IMG/VR virus record: IMGVR_UViG_3300031087_000527
Coordinates: 145,384-209,383 of that record
From: a virus
Lineage: Duplodnaviria; Heunggongvirae; Uroviricota; Caudoviricetes
DNA length: 64,000 bases
Reading direction: 5' to 3' (one strand)
The notes below the pieces were generated by a model, which was given only the letters and a program-made list of their open reading frames with translations, was not told where the DNA came from and ran no database searches. Shown here one piece after another: positions 24,756-33,796 of the stretch (position 1 is its first letter; the number at the start of each line of letters is the position of its first letter). The translations under genes and the position numbers were made by a program.

Positions 24756-25820
24756 TTATGCGGCTGTTCTGTGTTCCTTTTCAATATCATCAAGATCATG
24801 TCGAATATTGTTTAGCGTTTTAGCTGTCTCCTCGGAGTAAGTCGTATTCTCATAGACAGCCATGATGATATTATCAATAGAGTTCTTCATACATTCTATT
24901 TTCATTCGTTGCTCTTTGGATGATGTGCTAATTGTAGAAAGTGCCAGATTAGTTCGCTCTATCATTGTCAGCATTTCATGGATGTAAGCCGCGTTTTTAT
25001 TGTTGAGTTTGAATGTATCTTCTATTTGAGAGGATGTATCATTCACAAGTGCCTTGATTTCCTGAGCAGAATCCGCACAGCTTTTGGCTAACAATCTCAC
25101 TTCATTAGCTACAATTGAAAATCCTCTGCCGTGATCGCCCGCTCTTGCAGCTTCAATAGAGGCATTCAGAGAAAGAAGATTAGTTTTAAAAGCCATCTCA
25201 CTAATAAAGTCGGATATCTTTTTAATCTCCAAAGACTGGTCCTTTATGGTGCTTGTAGAGTTTGTCATAAGTGAAACATTCTCTATGGCTTCCTGAACAC
25301 CAGCAAGCGTCATGGAAGCTAATGAAAAGGCCTGATTGGACTCCTGTTCATTGTGTGAGGCGACCTGATAAAGCTCATTCACGCTGTATGCGGTTTTCTC
25401 AACAGCACGGCTCTGTGTTTCATTTCTGGAGAGTAGTGCGAGATTGCCTTTATCCAGTGAGATAAGACTGTCATTAAGACGCTGTGAGGCTTCCTGCTGC
25501 TGAGTTGCCCATTGGCTTAACATTTCTCTGACTACATCAAGATCAGGAGAGCAAAATGCGCTCTTACAGAAGTCTTTATTGCTAAGGTTATGAATATCTT
25601 TACGTAATAAGGCTAATGGGTTAATCAGATTAACCGTAATGTAATGCCGAATAAAAAGTGACGCAGGTAATAGCAAAAAAGGAATAGCGGAAAATAATAT
25701 CAGAGATGTTGATATATCTCCGGTTAAATAAAATACAAAAGGAATAAAAGCATAAAATGAAAAAATAAATAATACCGATGAAGCAACAGCCCTAACAGAA
25801 ATATCTCTTATGTGTTTCAT
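24756..25820 (-). CDS. methyl-accepting chemotaxis protein-like transducer (two N-terminal TM helices, coiled-coil signalling domain)
   Basis: Minus-strand ATG preceded by AAGGAT. Highly conserved MCP signalling core FKTNLLSLNASIEAARAGDHGRGFSIVANEVRLLAKSCADSAQEI. No large periplasmic ligand-binding domain. Confidence 0.85.
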   Translation of the reverse strand: MKHIRDISVRAVASSVLFIFSFYAFIPFVFYLTGDISTSLILFSAIPFLLLPASLFIRHYITVNLINPLALLRKDIHNLSNKDFCKSAFCSPDLDVVREMLSQWATQQQEASQRLNDSLISLDKGNLALLSRNETQSRAVEKTAYSVNELYQVASHNEQESNQAFSLASMTLAGVQEAIENVSLMTNSTSTIKDQSLEIKKISDFISEMAFKTNLLSLNASIEAARAGDHGRGFSIVANEVRLLAKSCADSAQEIKALVNDTSSQIEDTFKLNNKNAAYIHEMLTMIERTNLALSTISTSSKEQRMKIECMKNSIDNIIMAVYENTTYSEETAKTLNNIRHDLDDIEKEHRTAA

Positions 25821-26155
25821 ATTAATATCCTTATAGAAGTTTTATAATCAATAACATAGAAAAAATAATTAATAAACTCACTGCATGGCATTCTGATTAC
25901 TTTGCTTAAAATACAAATATATAAATCGGAATAAATCAAATAAGCAGAACATCTAGCTGTTAAATATTTTTATTTTTATGTTTAGGTTATTATTTAGCCT
26001 AGTAATGGGGGTTAATAGGTGTATCTCGGATAATCGAAGGCATGATAATCACAGAGAAAATAGATTAATAAAATCACTGTATTTCTAGGATAATTCCCAA
26101 TATTGAAATCAATATTGGCATATGGTATAGTAACGCAATATTAACAGGAGGCCTT

Positions 26156-26458
26156 ATGAATGAATTTGCTGAAATGAAGAAGCATAAAAATGAGCTTATG
26201 GCTGATATAGAAAGCTCGTTTCAAAAAATGAACATGAAGTTTGATGCTCACACTATTGAAATGGATAGAATGCTTAGAAATCATGGTGAGAGCATGTCGG
26301 CTTCATTTGACAGGCATCATGAGGCAATAGAGCAGAAGTTTTCCGATCAGCGTGAGAATGTCTCTAAAATGATGCGAAAGTTATCATGGCAAACCACGGC
26401 GTGGTTAGTTGGTATCTTTGCCATGTGGTTTTTTATCTTTTATAATTTTGGAGTGTAA
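26156..26458 (+). CDS. tail-anchored membrane protein (100 aa)
   Basis: AGGAGG SD. C-terminal TM segment WLVGIFAMWFFIFY. Confidence 0.75.
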   Translation: MNEFAEMKKHKNELMADIESSFQKMNMKFDAHTIEMDRMLRNHGESMSASFDRHHEAIEQKFSDQRENVSKMMRKLSWQTTAWLVGIFAMWFFIFYNFGV

Positions 26459-26459
26459 T

Positions 26460-26600
26460 ATGGTTAAGAGGCTAAATGGAGAAGATGTCAGGAAAATCAT
26501 GTTGGCTAATGCGAAAGTATTAGTGTCTGAACAATATAGAGCGCCTGCAGATGAGCTTAATGGAAAGCGGAGAGTAAATAAAAATAAAAAAGGGCCGTAG
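26460..26600 (+). CDS. small basic ORF (46 aa)
   Basis: GGAGTG SD. Terminator GGGCCGTAGCCC plus T-run follows. Confidence 0.4.
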   Translation: MVKRLNGEDVRKIMLANAKVLVSEQYRAPADELNGKRRVNKNKKGP

Positions 26601-26608
26601 CCCTTTTT

Positions 26609-27289
26609 TTATTGTTTAGCAGCTTCCCATAGTTTTTGATTTTCTTCAGTGAGGTCGGTTAAGTCTCGTATTTCTTTATAATAATCACAGGCATCTTCAT
26701 TGATTTCAGAAACCAGCATCAAGATAATTTCAGGATTAGGAGCATCTTTAATGCCTGAAATGTCCATTTTGAAGGAGACGGTGCTTTCTGTTTGTTCAAT
26801 CAGGATATTACGATGAAGTTTGGAAACGTATTCATTAGCTGCTTCATCTTTTGCTTTCTCGGTATTATGAATTCTATATTGAGGATTAATATTTTTGTCT
26901 TTAAAGTTGATTTTTGCGATATAACCGGCAGCTTCCTTCTCAAGGGAATCATCTTTCTTAACGACTTTTCCATAGCGGTAATCCATATCATACGAGTCCC
27001 AAATAGTAGAAATCTTGATAGATTTTACTGCTGAGCAAGTTTTAAAATCATCGCTGACTTTAAAGGTATAGCGATCACAGTCTTTCGAGCAAATGTTGCT
27101 AAAAATCTTTTCGGCATCTTTCTTGAAGTTTCCGCCTGCATCATAAGAGTAGATATATGAATTATAGTTAACAAAAGAATAGCTTTTGTGTGATGGACTC
27201 AGGCAGAAAAACAAGACAAAAGCGAAAACGGTAATCAGTAAGACAACAATACTGACTCTGGTTGCGCGGTTACAATCATTATAAGACAT
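26609..27289 (-). CDS. membrane-anchored protein (226 aa)
   Basis: Minus-strand ATG at 27289 preceded by GAGGTG. N-terminal TM segment VSIVVLLITVFAFVLFFCL. Confidence 0.7.
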   Translation of the reverse strand: MSYNDCNRATRVSIVVLLITVFAFVLFFCLSPSHKSYSFVNYNSYIYSYDAGGNFKKDAEKIFSNICSKDCDRYTFKVSDDFKTCSAVKSIKISTIWDSYDMDYRYGKVVKKDDSLEKEAAGYIAKINFKDKNINPQYRIHNTEKAKDEAANEYVSKLHRNILIEQTESTVSFKMDISGIKDAPNPEIILMLVSEINEDACDYYKEIRDLTDLTEENQKLWEAAKQ

Positions 27290-27430
27290 AGACACCTCGA
27301 TGTTTAAAAGAAGTAGTATTATAGCCTTTACACCTATCATGTTCAACATATTAATGTCGTAAAAAATGATTGAGTTCTACACTGATAACGTGATATAATC
27401 ATTGCCTACTTTTTACAAACAGGAGAGCCT

Positions 27431-28426
27431 ATGTCACATTTTACCGTTATTGTTGCTGGTGATGTTAATCTTAAGAAAGCATTAGCGCCTTTCGAGGAAC
27501 AGTCGTCCGATCCTGAAAACTCACCTTATTTTGAATTCGAAAATAAGAGTGAGTCTTCTCAAGAGCGAGAGGATTACAAAAACAAAACTACGCAAATCGT
27601 TGAGCTGGATGGTGTAAAATACCATCGTTCTGATGATGTTGTTCGCAGATTTGAAAAGTCTATCAAAAGCGAGAGTTCACCTTTCGGTGAGACAGTGCTT
27701 GAACTTCCTGAAGGTGCTAGACTTTATGAGGGTGCAGTTTCAGAAATCTATCCAACATTTGAAAGCTATCTTAGAGATTATTGTGGTTATGGATATTCAG
27801 AAGAACTTGATGCTTATGGATATTGGCATAACCCTAATGCAAAATGGGATTGGTATCAGGTAGGCGGTCGCTGGACAGGATATTTTAAAGGTAAACTGGG
27901 TGTGGGTGGAGAACAAGGCCGTCCTGGTCTGATGACGGAAGCTGCTGAGGCAGGTCGCTATGATGTTATCCGTTTGAAAGATATTGACTTTGAAGGTATG
28001 GAGGCTGAGGCTATTGCTGAGGCAAACGCAACCTATGATAAGATTGAGTCTATTTTGAAAGGCCGTCAATATCCGTCATGGACAGAGATCAGGGAAAAGC
28101 ATGGTGCGGATATTGATGCAGCAAGAAATGAATATCATAATCATCCGGTTGTTAAGGATTTTAATGAAGCTCGTTTTGATTTTTGGGGTGATTTTTATGA
28201 AATCTTTGGCAATAGCCGTGAGGAATATGTTGAGAGACAGCGTAAATCAATCATCACGCCGTTTGCTTTCCTGAAGGATGGTGTATGGTCTGAAAAGGGA
28301 CAAATGGGCTGGTTTGGTATGGCGATGGATGAAAAAGCTCAGAAAGACTGGAATGATGAGTTCTACAATATGCTGCGTGGCCTTCCTGAAGACACCCTGT
28401 TAACAGCAGTTGACTGTCATATCTAA
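27431..28426 (+). CDS. hypothetical protein (331 aa), family sharing the C-terminal motif ...TAVDCHI with 32567..33061
   Basis: AGGAGAG SD. Paralogous N-terminus (MSHFTVIVAG) and C-terminus (FAFLKDGVWS...LTAVDCHI). Confidence 0.85.
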   Translation: MSHFTVIVAGDVNLKKALAPFEEQSSDPENSPYFEFENKSESSQEREDYKNKTTQIVELDGVKYHRSDDVVRRFEKSIKSESSPFGETVLELPEGARLYEGAVSEIYPTFESYLRDYCGYGYSEELDAYGYWHNPNAKWDWYQVGGRWTGYFKGKLGVGGEQGRPGLMTEAAEAGRYDVIRLKDIDFEGMEAEAIAEANATYDKIESILKGRQYPSWTEIREKHGADIDAARNEYHNHPVVKDFNEARFDFWGDFYEIFGNSREEYVERQRKSIITPFAFLKDGVWSEKGQMGWFGMAMDEKAQKDWNDEFYNMLRGLPEDTLLTAVDCHI

Positions 28427-28549
28427 ATCAATAAAGGCTCCTTCGGGAGCTTTTGTCATGCTTAAATGATTAGGTTTGATTATTGATGTATGTTGCTATC
28501 ATTTAACGTAGAATAAAAACAATATTAATATAGATAATGAGGATTTAAG

Positions 28550-29740
28550 ATGGGATCATTTAATACCACGTGCGCTATCAGTCGGGCTACAATTCTTCAA
28601 GGCAATAATGTGCGTTTGTTTTATGTTGTATCAGAAGGCAAGTCAATGGGCAAAGGCTGTGAGTGCTATCCTTGGGATAACTTTAAGCTTATTGGCGGCG
28701 TAGGTATTCCTGCGAAATATGCAGATTACAATAACTATGAATTTGACGAAAACTCTTTGTTTGCCCGATATATTCATGATCAGATTAAGTCTGAATACTC
28801 AGAGAATGTCTCTGTTGAAGGTAAGGAGTACAATCCCTATCATGATCACATGGATGTCAATATCAAGGATTTAACATGGCAGAAGATTCAGGACATGATT
28901 CATAGTGGAAGATTGTTCCTTAATGGTTGTCAAGGAGAAAAATGTTTCGTAGCGTCCTTTGCTATTCATGAATCTGTTTATCAGGTAATGATTGAATCCA
29001 AAGAAAGTATCGATGAAAAGCTTAAGGAAGTAATGGGGAGCTATAACGATATGGTTGGCTTCAGAGAGGCTGTTGAGAAAAATAAGGCACGATTAGCGGC
29101 AGATTTTGAATCTGGAAAGATTACTTATGAACAGCAAACGGATATTGCTAATCAAATAGCGTGTGAAAGCATGAAGCAGTTAAACGCAAACAAGATCAAG
29201 TTTGGTATGGCTGGTCAGGCAACATCAAACGTAGGCGGCCCACAGCTTCACAGAGACATCATTGCTTTTGCTAAAAGTAATGGATTTGATAAAGCTGAAA
29301 AAGAAATATTTCGTGCCTTGCTGGAAACCGAAAATATGCTGAACACAATGTATGTTCAAAATGTTATGATTCGTCCGGTTATGACTTCAGGACAGTGTGG
29401 TGAGCCAAAGGACAGTGCTATTTTTTTGCGCAAGTTGGCTAACGCTGTAGAGAATATCAAGAGTAAATGGCACGATGAGTATGGCGTAAAGGTTGATGTA
29501 TGCAAAGAGTCTAAAGAGTGGCAACAGGTTAAGCTATCAGATATTAAAACTGAATGGGAAGAAACTTTAGACATTGAAGACGAGGAATATGCCTACCTTT
29601 GTGAGATCATTGAAGGTAAAGATAAACTAATTATCTCTCCAGAAGAATGGGATAACGGTGAGTTTTTCTATGATGTGCTTGCTGATGTAATCGGTGAAAG
29701 TCTGGATACCAGTATTGAACTTCATATCTTAAACCAGTAA
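28550..29740 (+). CDS. hypothetical protein (396 aa)
   Basis: GAGGAT SD. Terminator 29754..29784. Confidence 0.85.
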   Translation: MGSFNTTCAISRATILQGNNVRLFYVVSEGKSMGKGCECYPWDNFKLIGGVGIPAKYADYNNYEFDENSLFARYIHDQIKSEYSENVSVEGKEYNPYHDHMDVNIKDLTWQKIQDMIHSGRLFLNGCQGEKCFVASFAIHESVYQVMIESKESIDEKLKEVMGSYNDMVGFREAVEKNKARLAADFESGKITYEQQTDIANQIACESMKQLNANKIKFGMAGQATSNVGGPQLHRDIIAFAKSNGFDKAEKEIFRALLETENMLNTMYVQNVMIRPVMTSGQCGEPKDSAIFLRKLANAVENIKSKWHDEYGVKVDVCKESKEWQQVKLSDIKTEWEETLDIEDEEYAYLCEIIEGKDKLIISPEEWDNGEFFYDVLADVIGESLDTSIELHILNQ

Positions 29741-29836
29741 ATCATTATCTAAAAAAGAGAGCGCCTTGCAGGGCGCTTTTTTATACATTAAGTATCGTGC
29801 TTTTTTCTTTCATGTGGTGAAACAGTTAAAATTATA

Positions 29837-29850
29837 GCAACGAACGCAAC
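29837..29850. repeat. left inverted repeat GCAACGAACGCAAC flanking tnpB
   Basis: Exact reverse complement of GTTGCGTTCGTTGC at 31409..31422. Confidence 0.6.
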
Positions 29851-29916
29851 ATATTAAACATGTTTGATTTTTCTTCTTTTTTATTATAGTATCCTTTTAT
29901 AAATTACGGGGATATT

Positions 29917-31377
29917 ATGACGCAGACTTACTTTATTAAACACGATTATGACAGAACAGTTCAGCCGTTCTGGAATGAACAGTGTCTTAAAATATCTCAA
30001 AACCTTTTTCTCCCCTGCACCGAAAATAATATCCCTAATTTTAAAACTCATTACCTCTCTTCTTTGATCCGTAAGCTTACACCCGTTCATTCTTATCACT
30101 TTCCTTTATTCTTTAAATCTTATGTTATGTCTGCGCCTGATATTGTGGTTAAAGCCGTAAGGAAAGTGCGCTTTTATTTTACCTCGACTGAACAAAGACT
30201 TAAATATGAGCAAATGATGATGGTTGCTCGCAGAGCCTACAATCTTGCGGTTGATATGTGTAATAACAGAGAATTTATCGATGAGCAGGGGAAACCTGTT
30301 GATATCAGAATTCCCATCAGAGATAAAGTAAAAAAAGAAAGTGCTGAAAATAATTATGTTTTTGACACTAATGTCTGCGATCAGGCTGTCAGGATAGCTA
30401 AGTCTGAGTTTATCACTCTCTGTAAAAATAACAAAAAGAAGAAGAATACAACATTATTCACGAGTTTCTCACGACTAGGCTTCAAAAGCCGTAAAGACAA
30501 AAAACAGACCTTTTCCCATCCCCGGATGGGAAAAGAGGGTTCCGTCTGTATAAAATCGTTGGGAAGCATCAGGCTGACGGAAAAGCTGCCTGATGAATGC
30601 TATGGCAAAAATGTTGAGGTAACAATGGAGTATGGCAGATGGTTCATCTGCGTCCAGAAAAATATAGAGATAAAAGGAAACCGTTTAGATTGTTCCGAAA
30701 GCCAAGGGCCAAATAAAACGGTTTCTGAAAAAGAAGTGAAAGTGATTGCTCTTGATCCGGGAAGCAGGACGTTTTTAACAGGATTCAGCGAGAAAGAAGT
30801 TATCGTTTATGGTAAGGATTATTCTATAAAATGCTTACTACCATTGGCAAAGAAGATGCGTGAGCTGTATTCTTTGCGTGAGAGGTTAAAGAAGCATGAG
30901 CTATACAGAAAGGAAAGCCTGGATAATCCGCAGTGGATAAACGATACGTTTAGGCATATAGAAAACAGCCTGAATAGGCTGTCCTGTAAGCGTCAGGATC
31001 TTGTTAATCATCTGCACAGGACTGTAGTTTATGATATAGTGATGAGCTACGATGTGATTTATCTTCCTGATTTCGAAACCAAGTCTATGGTAAAGACTAA
31101 GGGGAGAAGAATAGGCCGTAAAGCTGTTCATAACATGCTTTCTCTGAGTCATTATATTTTTAAGGAATTTCTGCTGTGGACAGCAAAGAAATACGGTAAG
31201 GAAGTCATTATCGTTAACGAGAGTTATACGAGTAAAACCCAAAGCTGGAACGGAGTGGTAAATGAAAAGCTGGGATCATCGAGGTTGATGAAAGACGGCA
31301 AAAGAATAATAAACAGAGATATCAATGGTGCAAGGAATATTTACCTGAAGCACATATCTCAGTTAACTAACATTTAG
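29917..31377 (+). CDS. tnpB: TnpB-like RuvC nuclease (IS200/IS605 OrfB family), zinc-finger cysteines absent; alternative start 30127 gives 416 aa
   Basis: N-terminal VRKVRFYFTSTEQ (KFRLYPT.EQ-like). RuvC-I VIALDPGSRTF. RuvC-II YLPDFETKSM. RuvC-III NRDINGARNI. Where CxxC...CxxC is expected the sequence reads TSKTQSWNG...MKDGKRI with no cysteine. Confidence 0.85.
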   Translation: MTQTYFIKHDYDRTVQPFWNEQCLKISQNLFLPCTENNIPNFKTHYLSSLIRKLTPVHSYHFPLFFKSYVMSAPDIVVKAVRKVRFYFTSTEQRLKYEQMMMVARRAYNLAVDMCNNREFIDEQGKPVDIRIPIRDKVKKESAENNYVFDTNVCDQAVRIAKSEFITLCKNNKKKKNTTLFTSFSRLGFKSRKDKKQTFSHPRMGKEGSVCIKSLGSIRLTEKLPDECYGKNVEVTMEYGRWFICVQKNIEIKGNRLDCSESQGPNKTVSEKEVKVIALDPGSRTFLTGFSEKEVIVYGKDYSIKCLLPLAKKMRELYSLRERLKKHELYRKESLDNPQWINDTFRHIENSLNRLSCKRQDLVNHLHRTVVYDIVMSYDVIYLPDFETKSMVKTKGRRIGRKAVHNMLSLSHYIFKEFLLWTAKKYGKEVIIVNESYTSKTQSWNGVVNEKLGSSRLMKDGKRIINRDINGARNIYLKHISQLTNI

Positions 31378-31437
31378 GTGCTTCGCCTTAGCCGGAACTG
31401 CGAATGCTGTTGCGTTCGTTGCGGGTTTAATGAAGAG
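31375..31437 (+). repeat. tnpB 3'-flanking conserved element (right-end or omega-RNA-like), copy 1
   Basis: Starts at the tnpB stop codon: TAGGTGCTTCGCCTTAGCCGGAACTGCGAATGCTGTTGCGTTCGTTGCGGGTTTAATGAAGAG. Contains the right inverted repeat. Related copies at 43312 and 37870. Confidence 0.6.
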
Positions 31438-31486
31438 TCAGGTAAAAGTAAAGATGATGGCAGCTATAATCAACAAAGTCGTGCAA

Positions 31487-31522
31487 TAAAAAAGCCTCCT
31501 ATGGAGGCCTTTATTTGTTTTG
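31487..31522. terminator. bidirectional rho-independent terminator (AAAAAGCCTCCTATGGAGGCCTTTATTTGTTTT)
   Basis: Hairpin flanked by an A-run and a T-run, between the convergent tnpB unit and the SPFH gene. Confidence 0.6.
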
Positions 31523-31529
31523 ATAAGGA

Positions 31530-32432
31530 TTAGTTATCGAGAGAGATAACGGGCATAGTAGGCCTGTCAGAAACGATAACTACCATGAGTTTTTCCACAA
31601 TGCGTTTCTTCTCAGCATCCTCAAAAGACACACCGATCTCACTTTGGATGTTAGCAATAGCATCCTTCACGGTTAATACAGCAGCATCAACAATGGCGCG
31701 GCGACTCTCTGCCATTTTTTCAGCTTGCTGACGCATCAGCATAGGCTGAGCGATTTCTGGCGCATAAGCGATCTTAGTAATGCTGGCGCTGATAATAACC
31801 ACACCGATTTCTTTTAAACGTGTATTAATGCTTTCAATCAGCTTGGTTGAAAACGAACCTAAGTTGTTGCTCAGGGTTTCTTCATCAGCCACATTGCTGT
31901 CAAATGCATGTTGAGTAACAATCGTTCTCAGTTCACTCTCGCTGGCGTTGCGAATAAAATCATCTGGCTTCTCAGCATTATAATGGAACGGAGCAGCCTG
32001 TTCAACACGGTAGTTGACCACCATAGAGACATTCAAGGGAATACCCTTTTTGTCATTGATTTTGGTTTCCTGAGTTTCAAAGGTATTAATCTTGGTGCTG
32101 ATTTTCTCAAAGGAGAAGAAAGGATTGACGAATGTAACACCTTCACCCATAAGTGTGCCTCGGTATTTACCTAAGAAGCTGGCAACCACTTTCTGATTGG
32201 GGGAGATAATGATAAAGCTGTTAAAGAAGAAAATAGCAGCAATGATGCCAGAAATAAAAGCCGTAGAACCATACAGAATAGAGATTTCTTCACGGAATTC
32301 ATTATAGCCATAAGGCACCTGAACCTGAGCGTGCATAACAGCGTAGACGGTAATCGCAATGAAGATAAGTGTCAGCACAACGCCAAGATAGGCTGCACTC
32401 AGATTGGTTTTTTCATCTTTCAAAATATTCAT
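31530..32432 (-). CDS. SPFH/band-7 (stomatin/prohibitin-like) membrane protein
   Basis: Minus-strand ATG preceded by GGAG. N-terminal TM helix, then an SPFH-like core (...VASFLGKYRGTLMGEGVTFVNPFF...NVSMVVNYRV...). Confidence 0.8.
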   Translation of the reverse strand: MNILKDEKTNLSAAYLGVVLTLIFIAITVYAVMHAQVQVPYGYNEFREEISILYGSTAFISGIIAAIFFFNSFIIISPNQKVVASFLGKYRGTLMGEGVTFVNPFFSFEKISTKINTFETQETKINDKKGIPLNVSMVVNYRVEQAAPFHYNAEKPDDFIRNASESELRTIVTQHAFDSNVADEETLSNNLGSFSTKLIESINTRLKEIGVVIISASITKIAYAPEIAQPMLMRQQAEKMAESRRAIVDAAVLTVKDAIANIQSEIGVSFEDAEKKRIVEKLMVVIVSDRPTMPVISLDN

Positions 32433-32566
32433 TATGGCAAAGCTCCTGATTAGTAAATAGAGACAGCATTATAGCGACTCTTATGGTGCTTTTCAATGTA
32501 AATATGACTAAGAAACTTGATAAAGTGAAGAAAATGCGTGAAAATAAAATAAAAAAGGAAAACGAT

Positions 32567-33061
32567 ATGCATTATGCTCTAATGGTAGTTTTAGAAAAAG
32601 ACATTGTAAAACAAATGGAAAAGTTCAAAGAAGCTGAGGATAATCCTGAATCAAAATGGGATAACTATGGATTAGGTCGCCGTTTCAGAAGCTACTTCTC
32701 TAAAAAGGATGGCACAAACTTTTGCGTATCTAAGGTCTGCGAAATCGACATAGAAAAAATGAAGGCGGAAATGATAGAAGTCGCTAAGAAAGAGTATGGC
32801 ATTTTTGAGGTGATAAACTTTGAAAGCGAAGAAAGAAAGCGAGAAGCTATTATTAATATGTTAGGTTCTTACATGACAGAAGAAGATTATATCAGCCAGC
32901 GATCAAGAGAGTTTTTAACACCTTATGCTTTCCTTCGTAGCGGAGAGTGGTATGATGCTAAACGCTCAGGATCGCATGAGAAGTGGATAGAAGATTTTCA
33001 AAAAATATTTGAAGACCTTCCTCCTGAAACTGAGTTGGCGGTTTTTGACTGTCATATTTAA
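32567..33061 (+). CDS. hypothetical protein (164 aa), paralogue of 27431..28426 (C-terminal ...LAVFDCHI)
   Basis: AAAGGAAAAC SD before the ATG at 32567. The N-terminus MHYALMVVLEKD aligns with MSHFTVIVAGDV. Confidence 0.7.
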   Translation: MHYALMVVLEKDIVKQMEKFKEAEDNPESKWDNYGLGRRFRSYFSKKDGTNFCVSKVCEIDIEKMKAEMIEVAKKEYGIFEVINFESEERKREAIINMLGSYMTEEDYISQRSREFLTPYAFLRSGEWYDAKRSGSHEKWIEDFQKIFEDLPPETELAVFDCHI

Positions 33062-33067
33062 AAAGTG

Positions 33068-33095
33068 CTTGCTATTGATATCTTGTTGGTATAAT
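33068..33095 (+). promoter_or_regulatory. promoter with extended -10 (TTGctaTTGATA ... TGgTATAAT)
   Basis: Drives the ORF-free transcript 33102..33374. Confidence 0.45.
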
Positions 33096-33101
33096 ATGGC
33101 T

Positions 33102-33374
33102 ATGTTGATGCAGACTGGAACGTGTTAAACGGGTATCAATGTCGGGCGAGAGCCTCCCAGCCTGTGAGCGGGATATTGAAAGAGTAGGCCAGATTTTGAG
33201 ATAACTTTATTTTGCCAGTGCCGAGAATGAGGCCCTAAAAGCACGTCGGACGTTGAGCCGGAAGAGCGGAAGTCATTCACCGCAATCGCTATGGGAAGCG
33301 AGAGAGTGTACGAATAATCACGGGCAAACCTAAAGTTATCTCAGAACAAATAAGACGCTTCGGCGTCTTTTTTG
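33102..33374 (+). ncRNA. candidate structured ncRNA of about 270 nt, bounded by its own promoter and terminator
   Basis: No ORF longer than 11 codons. Locally GC-rich. 12-bp long-range pairing GAGATAACTTTA (33198) with TAAAGTTATCTC (33331). Ends with AAGACGCTTCGGCGTCTTTTTTG. Confidence 0.45.
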
Positions 33375-33430
33375 TTGTGCATAAACCATCGTTGTGTTAA
33401 AATCATGTTCTACTTTAAAAAGGAATCCTC

Positions 33431-33673
33431 ATGAAAGAGAAAATCATGTTAGTGTTAGGCCTGATGTGTCTCATCGGTGGTGTAATTGTCAGTTTTCAGA
33501 TATTTCCTGAGTCATTCAAGCAAGTAAATGACATCCTCGCATCTTTATTAATGAGTGTTGCAGGCGTAGCATTAGGCGCAACGTCTTTCGGTATAGTATT
33601 GGTTTCTCAAGCCTTTTTTGATGCTTTTGTGAGCGATATGAAATCCAATATAGCGTCGTCAAAAACATCCTAA
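33431..33673 (+). CDS. small membrane protein (two TM helices)
   Basis: AAGGAAT SD. Confidence 0.7.
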   Translation: MKEKIMLVLGLMCLIGGVIVSFQIFPESFKQVNDILASLLMSVAGVALGATSFGIVLVSQAFFDAFVSDMKSNIASSKTS

Positions 33674-33796
33674 GTGTTTGAATATATGGCGCATTTTAAA
33701 TATCTAAGACCTATTTATTGCTTGATTGTCAGGTGCTAAAGGTATATAATGCTTCTTATTGAAAGTGATGAAATCTGATAACTTATCGAGGTAAAA

